In this document: piece after piece, positions 7,887 to 17,204 of the stretch | Numbering within the stretch: the first letter of the stretch is position 1 | How the letters are laid out: each line of letters starts with the position of its first letter | Source: an uncultured virus (IMG/VR IMGVR_UViG_3300006736_000006) | Taxonomy: Duplodnaviria > Heunggongvirae > Uroviricota > Caudoviricetes | DNA: 20,000 nt | Strand: one strand, 5' to 3' | Virus record (IMG/VR): IMGVR_UViG_3300006736_000006 | Notes under the pieces: generated by a model | The model's input: the letters and a program-made list of their open reading frames with translations, nothing else | What the model was told of the DNA's origin: nothing | The model's database searches: none | Program-made: the position numbers and the translations under genes

Positions 7887-8736
7887 ATATCGCCTCCCTT
7901 AATTCTCTCTTTAGTTGAATTAATGTTAAGAACCTGGCTATAGACTCATCATTCATTTCATTTATTGATTCATCATTAATTCTCTGTCTAACTGAATCAA
8001 TTTTCTCTAATAAGAAGCCATTATCTGTCTTTTTCTCAAATTCATTTAAACTATTAAGTGTCTGATCTTTAATATTTTGAACTTTTTCTAATATAGATGT
8101 TCCACCGTCATGTGACATTGAAAAGACATATGACCGTATAATATCTCTCTGTTCTGAACAGAAATTATTTTTATACTTTTCATTAATTTTTTCTGTCATT
8201 ATTTTTACAACAAGCGAATCAACGTCATGATCTATATTCTCTTCTATTGTTTGACATTTATCTTTTTCAGATAACATTCTTTCTATAACTTTTGATTCAT
8301 ACTGTACAGTTCTTGAAAGATCTGATCTATCGTTTGATCTCCAGTCATTGAGCAGCGTCTGGATTGTCGCATAAACTTGGTATTCTGGAACTCTCCTATG
8401 ATAGAACATCTTGTCGTCTAGAGTGTGATTTATTTCTTTAATAAGAAGAGATTTTTCCCTATCTAGTTTTCTAGAATCACACCTTCTCGCTGCTGATTTT
8501 GCCTCTGTTAAAATTGCAGCTGCAACAGCAGAATCACTTACAGTTGACTTAATTAGTGCATTAAAAAGCCGGAACTCTCTATAGAGCTCGCTGTCCTTGT
8601 TAAATCTAGATTCAATAATTTTAAGCGTTCTCTTGGCTGACTTCTTATCTCCCTGAATTAACAGGTTTGAAATGTTTCTAAGAAGCAGCTCATAGATTAT
8701 TCCAACATTTCTTTTTTTATTATGATTCCTCGGCAT
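7879..8736 (-). CDS. Helical hypothetical protein between portal and protease
   Basis: 285 aa starting HNKKRNVGIIYELL. Overlaps the portal stop and the protease start, suggesting translational coupling. Confidence 0.8.
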   Translation of the reverse strand: MPRNHNKKRNVGIIYELLLRNISNLLIQGDKKSAKRTLKIIESRFNKDSELYREFRLFNALIKSTVSDSAVAAAILTEAKSAARRCDSRKLDREKSLLIKEINHTLDDKMFYHRRVPEYQVYATIQTLLNDWRSNDRSDLSRTVQYESKVIERMLSEKDKCQTIEENIDHDVDSLVVKIMTEKINEKYKNNFCSEQRDIIRSYVFSMSHDGGTSILEKVQNIKDQTLNSLNEFEKKTDNGFLLEKIDSVRQRINDESINEMNDESIARFLTLIQLKRELREAIYE

Positions 8737-10750
8737 CGGGTATGCTTCCCTCCTCTGATGAATTTATCTCAGAGATTATAATCCCTTTATTACTTATCCT
8801 GCTCTCAAGTGATTTTAATGTAGATCTTATCTGTGATGTCATTTGTGTGTGATTTTTTATCTTTTCATTAAAGAAATTTGATAAAAATTCATCTTCTGTC
8901 AATTTTGGAATTTTTGCTACATTTCTAAGCGGGTTTTTAGAGTCACTGTTTCTTTGATATTGGGCATTTTTTCTTCCAAATGGATGAAAAAGAGAGTCTG
9001 ATGCATCCTTTCTATCATGACTATGATCTGGTGCCATTTGTGGAGATCTTCTTCTTCTAGGTGAGTTCCATATCACCTCTTTCTCTGCCGGCGTTAACTC
9101 TTTATCCTCCTCATCATCGTCGTCGTCTTCATCATCGACTATGACCTCAGATAATCTATCAACAGTATTTTGAGCCCTTATGGGTGCATTAACATCTGAT
9201 ATGGATAGGCCCGATATATCTATGCTTTCATCTCCTGTTAAAAGGCCTAGCTGATCCTTATTTCTTGTGTCACCTGCCAGTTCCATTTCTGCTGGTACGG
9301 GTTCCTCAACTGCTGCGTCTGCGATTGCCTCTTCTTCTGCACCCGGTAGTCGAACTGCTTCAATTTCCAGATCTTGTTCTTTATCTACAATTCTCTGATC
9401 AAGAATCTGATCAAGAACCTCATCTGTCATATTAAAGATATTCTTTCTTATCCAGTCTCTACTAACAAGCCCCTCAACACCCACGGCAGATGTAGCTATT
9501 TCGAATCTTGTTCTATATAATTCCAGCTTCTGCTGTTGTGCAATTGTAGAAGGATTTGATAATTGAAGAGTAAAATCAAGAATATCCTCTCCCTCAAATC
9601 CATTACAATATAAGTGTATTATTGCCAGCTTATTTAACTCAGCTACAACAGTTCTTTGAATCCTTGCGATCGTCCTAGAAAATCTAATATCCTCTTGAGA
9701 TAGTGTTGCTTTTGCTCCCAGACCTTCATCATATCCAAGATATGCTTTTGGAATTTTTAATGCTGCAAATAGCTTTTTCTGTATATATTCAACATCTTCT
9801 ATGGCAGTAGCATTTGCTCCTCCAGCAAGAGTGTCAATCTTAGTTCCTGAAGAATCACCTCTCACAGGAAGGTAATAATCTTCATCAACAGAAAGTGGAT
9901 TATATCTAAGATCAACTCTTCCTGTATCTTTATCTACGACCTGTGCTTTCTTTAATGTGGCTTGTACCTGCTCCATATAGTTTGGAATATCCTCTGGCGG
10001 AACATTTCCAACATCTATATAGAAAACTCTTCTTTCAGGAGACCTAACTACCCTGTAAACAAGCATTGCGTCCTCTACAAGAATAAGCTGTCTCCAGATT
10101 CTTCTTGCTGCCTCGAGAACAGATGACCCATAAGGTAAAAATGCATCATTGCCCAGAATTCTCATATGACAAACTTGCCAATTTTCAAGAACCTGATTCC
10201 CCTGAGTAACCCACCTGAACCTCACTGCCATGGGATCTAGTGGATCAAACCCCTCTTCTCTCTCTACCTCATTTACAGGAATTGGAAACGCATTAATTAC
10301 GCCGTGGTCTGGAGATACATCATTGAATAAAAAGAAATCTCCGTACTTACAAAGATTTCTAACCCATGCTGTCAAATTAAATTCCACATTTAAAGTATCA
10401 TAAAATAATTCATCAAGTAATCTTTGAATCGTTGGATTTTCTGAATATATGTGAAGGACTGATCCTTTTTCATCTGCAGAAACTGTCTCCTCAGCGTATA
10501 TGTCTAGAGCTGAACTTATCTCTGGTGTATATTCCATCTCAGAGAAGTCTGAATATCTAGCCATCCTATCATATGTTCCATATGCACTCATTGCTGTGCT
10601 ATAGACATGGCTCTGGGTCTTTCTAAAGACCTCGAATGCAGACGTTTGCTTGGATGACTTGCTAAAGTCACGTACCTTTCTCTTTATGACAGGCCCGCTT
10701 CTAAACAGCTGTGTTAGACGTCTAAATAATGTTTGGCTTTCCTGTGCCAC
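8720..10750 (-). CDS. gp20: Portal protein, T4 gp20-like, with a long C-terminal extension
   Basis: MEYTPEISSALDI, EDAMLVYRVVRSPERRVFYIDVGNVP, EDYYLPVRG, IDTLAGG, IEDVEYIQKKLFAALKIP, EDIRFSRTIARIQ. GTG start with GAGGA SD. Confidence 0.96.
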   Translation of the reverse strand: MAQESQTLFRRLTQLFRSGPVIKRKVRDFSKSSKQTSAFEVFRKTQSHVYSTAMSAYGTYDRMARYSDFSEMEYTPEISSALDIYAEETVSADEKGSVLHIYSENPTIQRLLDELFYDTLNVEFNLTAWVRNLCKYGDFFLFNDVSPDHGVINAFPIPVNEVEREEGFDPLDPMAVRFRWVTQGNQVLENWQVCHMRILGNDAFLPYGSSVLEAARRIWRQLILVEDAMLVYRVVRSPERRVFYIDVGNVPPEDIPNYMEQVQATLKKAQVVDKDTGRVDLRYNPLSVDEDYYLPVRGDSSGTKIDTLAGGANATAIEDVEYIQKKLFAALKIPKAYLGYDEGLGAKATLSQEDIRFSRTIARIQRTVVAELNKLAIIHLYCNGFEGEDILDFTLQLSNPSTIAQQQKLELYRTRFEIATSAVGVEGLVSRDWIRKNIFNMTDEVLDQILDQRIVDKEQDLEIEAVRLPGAEEEAIADAAVEEPVPAEMELAGDTRNKDQLGLLTGDESIDISGLSISDVNAPIRAQNTVDRLSEVIVDDEDDDDDEEDKELTPAEKEVIWNSPRRRRSPQMAPDHSHDRKDASDSLFHPFGRKNAQYQRNSDSKNPLRNVAKIPKLTEDEFLSNFFNEKIKNHTQMTSQIRSTLKSLESRISNKGIIISEINSSEEGSIPDAEES

Positions 10751-10758
10751 CTAAATCC

Positions 10759-12384
10759 TCACTTATAAATCCAGTCAAATTCTTTTGCTAGCCTCATCTT
10801 GCTATTCCACCCTGCAGATAAAGAATTTTTTCTCTTATTTTCAGATCCTTCCTTAGGATTTCTAGATGGAGCACTATGAGGTCTTCCCTCTGTTATCGCA
10901 CCAGGCATATCATCATACGAATTTCTTGTCATTTTCATACTTTTAAGCATAGCATCATTTAGCTCCTTTGAATGCTTGCTATGATCAGATGAGCTATCAA
11001 ATAGCCACATTCCAATTGCAAAGCTTATTACAAGATCGTCGTTATACCCTTTCATTGCCTTCGCTTTGTTTCCAGCCCACGTGAAAGTCTTTAGTTCCTC
11101 ATAAAATCTACTTGAATATATCTTAACATTTTTATTTCTAATTGTCTCTTCTAATTTAGATAATATTAAATTTCTAGTCTTTCCGCTCGTTGTAAAACCT
11201 GCTATATCACTATCTTTTGTTGGAACATAGTTTCCTATAAATACAGACTTTCTTTTCTTATGATACAGGTTTGGATAATCAAGATCCTTTAGCTTAATAA
11301 TTGTAGCGAATCCATAGCTATTATTTTCAGGACAAAGAAGCGCATCGTTATATTTTTTTCCAAATTCAAATAATAATTCTCCAAATCTATCGGGAGGAAT
11401 TTTTCCTCTATACTCTGCAACACACTCTCCTTCTCCGACATCAATGACGTGAAAAGTTGAAAAATCCTTAGAATCTCCCCTTGCAACATCAGCAGATATA
11501 ATATAGGAATGTTCTGACAGTGCATGCTTCCATACCCACACATTCATATCATGCCCTGCTCTTTCTATAGGAGATTTACACATTTCTCTTACCCACTCTA
11601 TATCTCCGGGTGTTAGAAATGTTTCTCCTGATGAGGCAAAGTCACACAGATACTCTTGAGAAATCTGTCTATGTGATAAATTTTTGGTCGTCTTATCAAA
11701 CCAGTCCTGACCTCTCTCAGGATGAACATCCCATTGAAGCTTAACTGAGATAAATTCATTAGATCGCTTCTCTGCGTCTGTGTAGAGTTTATAATACTGT
11801 CCGCCCACACCATTTGGAGTTGAAAGAAGTATTACGCGCCCACCTGTGGAAACTGTGGGGTATAGCCCAGTCCACAGCGTATCAAAATCTCTAACAAATG
11901 CTGCTTCATCAACAATTAATAGAGATAGTGCTTCTGATCGACCTGCGTCATCAGATGTAGGAATCGCCTTTATAGATGATCCATGGCTAAACTCTATAAG
12001 CTGCTTATTATTTGTGACTATTTCTGGAAGAACTATCCACTTTGGAAGACTTCTAATCATAGTCTTAACCTTGGTAATAAAGTTTTGTGCGACGCTTAGC
12101 TTTGTTGCAATAATAAGAATATTCTTGTCTTTTTGAAATAGGGCCATCCATACCGCATATGCTGCAACAAGTGTAGACATTCCAAGCTGTCGTGACTTTA
12201 ATATAATTGTAAATCTATTTTCCAAGAATGTCTCAACACAATCATCTTGAAAATCATAAGTATCAAATCCTATTAGACCCCTAACTGGGTGCTGTATCTT
12301 AAGATAGGAATTGAAAAAATACACAGGATCCTTACCAGATTTGATAATCTCCGATACCTGCCTAGATTTATTGACCCTTGACAT
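10759..12384 (-). CDS. gp17: Terminase large subunit, T4 gp17-like
   Basis: Q-motif YDFQ, Walker A KSRQLGMST, Walker B LLIVDEAAF, motif III LSTPNG, QEYLCDF, and nuclease domain ISADVARG ... PENN ... DDLVIS. Confidence 0.96.
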   Translation of the reverse strand: MSRVNKSRQVSEIIKSGKDPVYFFNSYLKIQHPVRGLIGFDTYDFQDDCVETFLENRFTIILKSRQLGMSTLVAAYAVWMALFQKDKNILIIATKLSVAQNFITKVKTMIRSLPKWIVLPEIVTNNKQLIEFSHGSSIKAIPTSDDAGRSEALSLLIVDEAAFVRDFDTLWTGLYPTVSTGGRVILLSTPNGVGGQYYKLYTDAEKRSNEFISVKLQWDVHPERGQDWFDKTTKNLSHRQISQEYLCDFASSGETFLTPGDIEWVREMCKSPIERAGHDMNVWVWKHALSEHSYIISADVARGDSKDFSTFHVIDVGEGECVAEYRGKIPPDRFGELLFEFGKKYNDALLCPENNSYGFATIIKLKDLDYPNLYHKKRKSVFIGNYVPTKDSDIAGFTTSGKTRNLILSKLEETIRNKNVKIYSSRFYEELKTFTWAGNKAKAMKGYNDDLVISFAIGMWLFDSSSDHSKHSKELNDAMLKSMKMTRNSYDDMPGAITEGRPHSAPSRNPKEGSENKRKNSLSAGWNSKMRLAKEFDWIYK

Positions 12385-12764
12385 TATTCACATTTAAAAT
12401 TGGTAAATCTTCTATAGTATGCAGTTTTTCTTGGTGTGAAGGGTGAAGATGTTATCATCTCAACACTATCACTTGTTCCTAAGCTTTTAGCGCTTAATGA
12501 TCTTCCCGATCCCTCTTTAAACTGCCTTTTTACATTCTTCATAAATTCATTTGTAATTTTTATAGATTCATCTTCAAACACTCTTACCTGATCTCTTAGG
12601 TTTCTTTCTGATGCTAGGTGAACAACTGTGACATACGAAACAGAAAGTGTGTCACCAGAAAGTGAAGCCTTAACAGACATTGTTGGAGATGAAATTGTTG
12701 AACTTTTTCCCCATGTTGAATCTAAAATTTGACCAAGAACGTTAACTTCTTCAGTACTAAACAT
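12384..12764 (-). CDS. Hypothetical protein upstream of terminase
   Basis: 126 aa, ATG with AGGAG SD; the stop overlaps the terminase ATG (TAATG). Confidence 0.8.
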   Translation of the reverse strand: MFSTEEVNVLGQILDSTWGKSSTISSPTMSVKASLSGDTLSVSYVTVVHLASERNLRDQVRVFEDESIKITNEFMKNVKRQFKEGSGRSLSAKSLGTSDSVEMITSSPFTPRKTAYYRRFTNFKCE

Positions 12765-12791
12765 AATAACTCCTGTTACTAATTATTGTGA

Positions 12792-13109
12792 TCATTCAAA
12801 AATAAAAAATGAAGATGCCTGTTTTATTATTTCTTTATGAGATAAAACTTCCTCATCTGACGGTCTCCAGCCTGATAACCACTTTTCTCTCATAGGTTCA
12901 GCCCATTTCATTCCACATTCAGAACAACACTTGAATCTTCTAATATAACTATAATCATCCGCTGTATTCATTGTAATTTGGCATACTGGACAAAATAGAT
13001 AAGATTTTTCTTCTCTATCTTCTGTTATTATCACAAACTTATCTCTATACTCATATTTCTTTCCCGAGCTTGATTCTTTAAGGATGGGAAACTTTTGTAT
13101 TTTTTTCAT
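12792..13109 (-). CDS. Small Zn-finger protein
   Basis: CPVC ... CCSEC, then WAE...W..GWRP. ATG with GGAG SD; overlaps the 3' end of the SbcCD fusion by 32 nt. Confidence 0.75.
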   Translation of the reverse strand: MKKIQKFPILKESSSGKKYEYRDKFVIITEDREEKSYLFCPVCQITMNTADDYSYIRRFKCCSECGMKWAEPMREKWLSGWRPSDEEVLSHKEIIKQASSFFIFE

Positions 13110-16100
13110 TCTTAATTATCTCCAAAGAGTTGTCTACTATATCTTTAATTTCATCCACATGAGATATTATTATAATATTTCTAAACCATTTTTTAAGAGA
13201 CTCTAATAGTCTACTGCATGCAGCGATATTTGTCTCATCAAGTGCACCAAATCCCTCATCAATAATTAGCATGTTCGTCTTAGTTAATGATGATACATTA
13301 ATGAGAGCAACTCTTATTGCAAGAGAAGACATCATCTTCTCCATTCCAGAGGCTAGTTCAATAACCCTTCTACTATCTCCGTAATCTATAAAAACATCCA
13401 TCGCATTTGTATCTATGTCTGCCTCTAGCTCAACAGTAAACCCCACAACACCTTGTAAAATTCTTGAAATTTCAGCATTAATTAAGGGAAGCTGTGACAT
13501 CATTATCTGAAGAGGTATACCTTTCTTAGACACAGCTTGCATAAAAAGATCATATGTTCTTAAATCTATCTTGACTTTTTCAAATTCTTTTCTCTTATTT
13601 TCCATATCAGAGACCTGGACTCTAAGGCTTGCCACATCTTCAAATAGACCTAATCTTTTCTTATCAATTCTTTGTATCTCATCTTCTAGAAGTATTATAT
13701 TTGATCTAATAACTGATGCTGGATTTTCTTCATCCCTAACTAGCCTAGATGACATGCCATCTAAAATAGAAGATTCTCTTGACAGGCTTGATTCTAGCTG
13801 GCCCATCTCATTTTCAATATTATTATGTCTAACTATCAATGATGAGATTTGAACAGATAAATCTGACTGTTTTTTAATCATTGCGTTGTATTTTTTAATT
13901 TTTTTCTCAACATTCTCACTTAAAATTGATTCAAAGGATATCTTTGCATCTCTTAAGGATGAAATAGATCTTTGTACTACCTCTCTCTGATCATTTATTA
14001 TCTTCTTATCTCTATGTGAATCTTTAATAAATTTACAAGTTGGAAACTTGTCTCCACAAGGAACCTCTCCTAATTTTTTGATGGAGCCCACTTGGCGATC
14101 AAGCTCTCTTTTATTTTTTTCAAGCTGATGATCTAAATCAATAACTGCTCTATCAAGTTCTTTTTGAATCTCAATCTTCATCTGTAGATCTTTTATAGAA
14201 AAGTCTGACTTTACCTGTTCTATTTTTGAATATCTTTTTTGCCTTAAAGCCACCTCACTGGTGATCTCTTCTTCCTTGTCTTTTAAGCTTTCTATATCTT
14301 TTTTATATCTTGAAACTATTTTTTTCTGGGCTTTGAGTTCTGACACTGTTATGATATCCGGATTGTCGGATGTAGCTAATTGAATATTGAGATCCTTTAG
14401 TGTGGTTCTTTTTTCAAATATATCTTTTTCAAGCAGCTCTATCTTCTCATCATTTTCAATTAAATAAAACTTAATATTATCAATTTCCTCATCCCAGTCT
14501 ATATCTGGATATGATTTTACTTTATTTCTTATATCATATGACTCTATCTTTGCTATTTCGTGCATCTTTTCAAACACACCCAGGTCGAGAAATTTTGTTA
14601 AAATCATTTTTCTTGATGTGGCGCCTTCTTTAACAAAAGTGCTCATCTCCCCTTGAGATGCTAGCGATGTCATTAAGAAATCATCAGCTGTCCCAATAAG
14701 CTTTCTTAGAATCTTTTCTGTTTCTCTTCTTTGCTCCTCAGTGATATCCTCCTCGATATCTCCCAAATTATTTAATTTGTATAGATTTAAAGAAGTTGAT
14801 GCATAAATCTCTCCCTTTCTTGTCTGGTGTTTTATTGTTGATCTTATGATCCTATAGGGGTCACCATTTAAATTTATATCAACTACAGCCCTGGCGCTAT
14901 TTTTTCTATTATTGATTATGTGAATATTTTTAATAGATCCTCTATCTGTTGTATTAAATAGACCATACATCAATGATCCAATTATAGATGACTTTCCTTT
15001 TGCATTTTTTCCAAAAATACCTGTTATCCCAGGAAGATTTTCAAAATTAACAATATTTTCATTTCCATACGAGAATAAGTTATCAAATCCCAGTGAATTA
15101 ATTTCCCACCTGGTGTTTCTTAGAGTATCTTCTTCCCTCGTCACCTGTGACATGTATTTTTCTATTAGCTCATCAAATTTTTCAAAATATTTTTCATTTA
15201 ATTTTCCATCTCTGTAGTACTCTCTAATTAATTTTTTATGAGTCTTTCCATCTCTAAGATTCTCCTTATTAAATGTTCCAGAGGCTGTCTTTATCTTGGA
15301 CGCATCAAATGTTGACTCTGACTTGAAGACTACCTCTGTGGCCTCTTTGACTCTCATTAGCTCATATTGTAATTGCTTACTATCTGCCTGAGCTATAACA
15401 CTATCTGATTTTACTCTAAACCTTGAACAATTGGGATATTTGTCAGCTTCATCTAGTGTCTTTTCAACAGATCCCTTCCAGCATATTGTTATAAATGGAT
15501 TCAAATGTTGTATTTCATAAAATTTGCTATTAAATGAGTTTTTATTTTCAATATCCCAGAATAAAAATCCTTTTCCTGTATCTTCACCATAATTTTGCTG
15601 TATAGATGATCCGCAGTATGCTATAGTTTTTTTATTGTCTAAATACTGTCTTTTGTGTATGTCTCCTAGAAGTGTGAAATCAAAATCACTAAAAAAATCA
15701 ACAGTTATATCTCCATCTATCTCCCAGTTAATATCAGTTGTTGAACCCCACACAGCACCATGAAATAATGCAATATTTATTTCGCCTTCAATAGGTTTAA
15801 CATTCTGCCATCCTTCCTCATCAAAACATGAAAAAACACACCAATTATATCCAGGAATACCTGTCGGATATGTTCCTGACCTTTTATAAAGAAAGATATT
15901 TGGATCATCTAATGCAGAGAGTATGGGAGATATCGCATCTTGTCTATCTGTATTGTGTTGTAATCCATCGTGGTTACCAAGAATGACATGCACAGGTGCT
16001 ATCCTAGACATCTCTGTAAACCACCAACAGAGACTGTCTATCAGCTCTGGAGATATCCCTTGGGTCTTACTGTGTACAATATCACCCCCAAGATAAATTA

Positions 16101-16212
16101 CATCTGGAGACAACTCTCTTATCTTTTCAAAGGCGTCAGAAAATGACTCTTTATACTCACTATGACGAGACAGCCCCCTCCAGTGAATATCAGCTAAATG
16201 AACAATTTTCAT
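13078..16212 (-). CDS. Fused Mre11/SbcD nuclease - Rad50/SbcC ATPase (T4 gp47-gp46 equivalent)
   Basis: N-terminal phosphoesterase motifs ADIH, GGDIVH, GNHD, FHG, GDIH, YCGS. Then Walker A GKNAKGKSS, Q-loop LASQGE, a coiled coil with central CGDKFPTC, signature ASGME, Walker B/D-loop LIIDEGFGALD and H-loop ISH. One uninterrupted 1044-aa ORF. Confidence 0.95.
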   Translation of the reverse strand: MKIVHLADIHWRGLSRHSEYKESFSDAFEKIRELSPDVIYLGGDIVHSKTQGISPELIDSLCWWFTEMSRIAPVHVILGNHDGLQHNTDRQDAISPILSALDDPNIFLYKRSGTYPTGIPGYNWCVFSCFDEEGWQNVKPIEGEINIALFHGAVWGSTTDINWEIDGDITVDFFSDFDFTLLGDIHKRQYLDNKKTIAYCGSSIQQNYGEDTGKGFLFWDIENKNSFNSKFYEIQHLNPFITICWKGSVEKTLDEADKYPNCSRFRVKSDSVIAQADSKQLQYELMRVKEATEVVFKSESTFDASKIKTASGTFNKENLRDGKTHKKLIREYYRDGKLNEKYFEKFDELIEKYMSQVTREEDTLRNTRWEINSLGFDNLFSYGNENIVNFENLPGITGIFGKNAKGKSSIIGSLMYGLFNTTDRGSIKNIHIINNRKNSARAVVDINLNGDPYRIIRSTIKHQTRKGEIYASTSLNLYKLNNLGDIEEDITEEQRRETEKILRKLIGTADDFLMTSLASQGEMSTFVKEGATSRKMILTKFLDLGVFEKMHEIAKIESYDIRNKVKSYPDIDWDEEIDNIKFYLIENDEKIELLEKDIFEKRTTLKDLNIQLATSDNPDIITVSELKAQKKIVSRYKKDIESLKDKEEEITSEVALRQKRYSKIEQVKSDFSIKDLQMKIEIQKELDRAVIDLDHQLEKNKRELDRQVGSIKKLGEVPCGDKFPTCKFIKDSHRDKKIINDQREVVQRSISSLRDAKISFESILSENVEKKIKKYNAMIKKQSDLSVQISSLIVRHNNIENEMGQLESSLSRESSILDGMSSRLVRDEENPASVIRSNIILLEDEIQRIDKKRLGLFEDVASLRVQVSDMENKRKEFEKVKIDLRTYDLFMQAVSKKGIPLQIMMSQLPLINAEISRILQGVVGFTVELEADIDTNAMDVFIDYGDSRRVIELASGMEKMMSSLAIRVALINVSSLTKTNMLIIDEGFGALDETNIAACSRLLESLKKWFRNIIIISHVDEIKDIVDNSLEIIKNEKNTKVSHP

Positions 16213-17162
16213 ACCAGCGTCCCTATCTTACCGACAAGAGATAAATCTCTAGACCAGAATATTGAATTTTTTCTTCTTTCTTTAAACTCATCTTTTGTCA
16301 TTTCTCCTACGTCTTGAAAATCACCCAGATCTATCACCCGTACATCACAGCAATATGAGCTTAAAAGATCTGCATATTTTCTAGTTTTCTTTTTCATATC
16401 AGAGTCAAGTGATAATAGAACTGGCGTTCTATTTGAAATAATTTTTTTAAAAATATATGATTCCTCTCTAAGCGATGATCCAAGAAGACATGTAGAATTC
16501 TGGTTACAAGAAAAAAGATCAAATGGACCCTCTACAATGGTTAATTCCTTTTTCCAGTTTAAATTAACCTCATTAAATACTATGTTCATCTTATCGGATT
16601 TTGAATTTATATATTTTGGCTTCCTATCTGGGTCTATTGACCTGGATACAAGATAATTTAATTTGCCATCTGAATCAAATGATGGAATTATTATTCTTCT
16701 CCTATGCACACCTGTTGAAGATGTTCCTAGCCTAAAGTACCAAAAATCCTTTTTTGTGAGTCCTCTTCTAAGAAGATACCTTATGCAATCTTTAATATCT
16801 GGATCATTACTTTCAAAACTTTTACAAAGAAGAGTGAATTTTTCCGGAAGAAGCACGTTAAAGCTATCATCTTCTCTCTCTAGATTATTGCATCCCTGAT
16901 CATCCTTTAAAAATCTCTCCCTATACCTGTGTGCTACATCGTGACTAAAACTTTTCTTTAATATTAGAAATAGATTTCTACCTTTTGCGTCACAAACCCA
17001 GCAGTGACAGTTCCAAGTTTCCACATTAATAGAAAACTTCTTTTTTCCACTTTTATTTTCACATACCGGACAATAGACAGCTACATTTACACCATCTCTT
17101 GCTATCTCGACTTCTCCAAAGACATGTCTTAAAAAGTCAATCTTATTTGTAAAGGTTTCCAA
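16209..17162 (-). CDS. DNA primase (DnaG / T4 gp61-like)
   Basis: Zn-ribbon CPVC...CHCWVC, YL..RG, RIIIP, KYIN, TOPRIM IVEGPFD and LDSD, then DVGE. TTG start; ATGA overlap with the downstream SbcCD gene. Confidence 0.9.
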   Translation of the reverse strand: METFTNKIDFLRHVFGEVEIARDGVNVAVYCPVCENKSGKKKFSINVETWNCHCWVCDAKGRNLFLILKKSFSHDVAHRYRERFLKDDQGCNNLEREDDSFNVLLPEKFTLLCKSFESNDPDIKDCIRYLLRRGLTKKDFWYFRLGTSSTGVHRRRIIIPSFDSDGKLNYLVSRSIDPDRKPKYINSKSDKMNIVFNEVNLNWKKELTIVEGPFDLFSCNQNSTCLLGSSLREESYIFKKIISNRTPVLLSLDSDMKKKTRKYADLLSSYCCDVRVIDLGDFQDVGEMTKDEFKERRKNSIFWSRDLSLVGKIGTLV

Positions 17163-17175
17163 TGTACCCTTTTAA

Positions 17176-17204
17176 AATATAATTCAAAAAATCTAACTGT
17201 TCAA
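17176..17204 (-). promoter_or_regulatory. Possible sigma70-type promoter upstream of primase
   Basis: Minus strand TTGAAC (17204-17199), 17-nt spacer, TATATT (17181-17176). Confidence 0.35.

Noticed and set aside
9108..9140. Trinucleotide-like repeats (tcatcatcgtcgtcg), also near 4520-4590
   Set aside because: These are codons for poly-Asp/Glu tracts in portal and scaffold, not independent repeats or CRISPR arrays.
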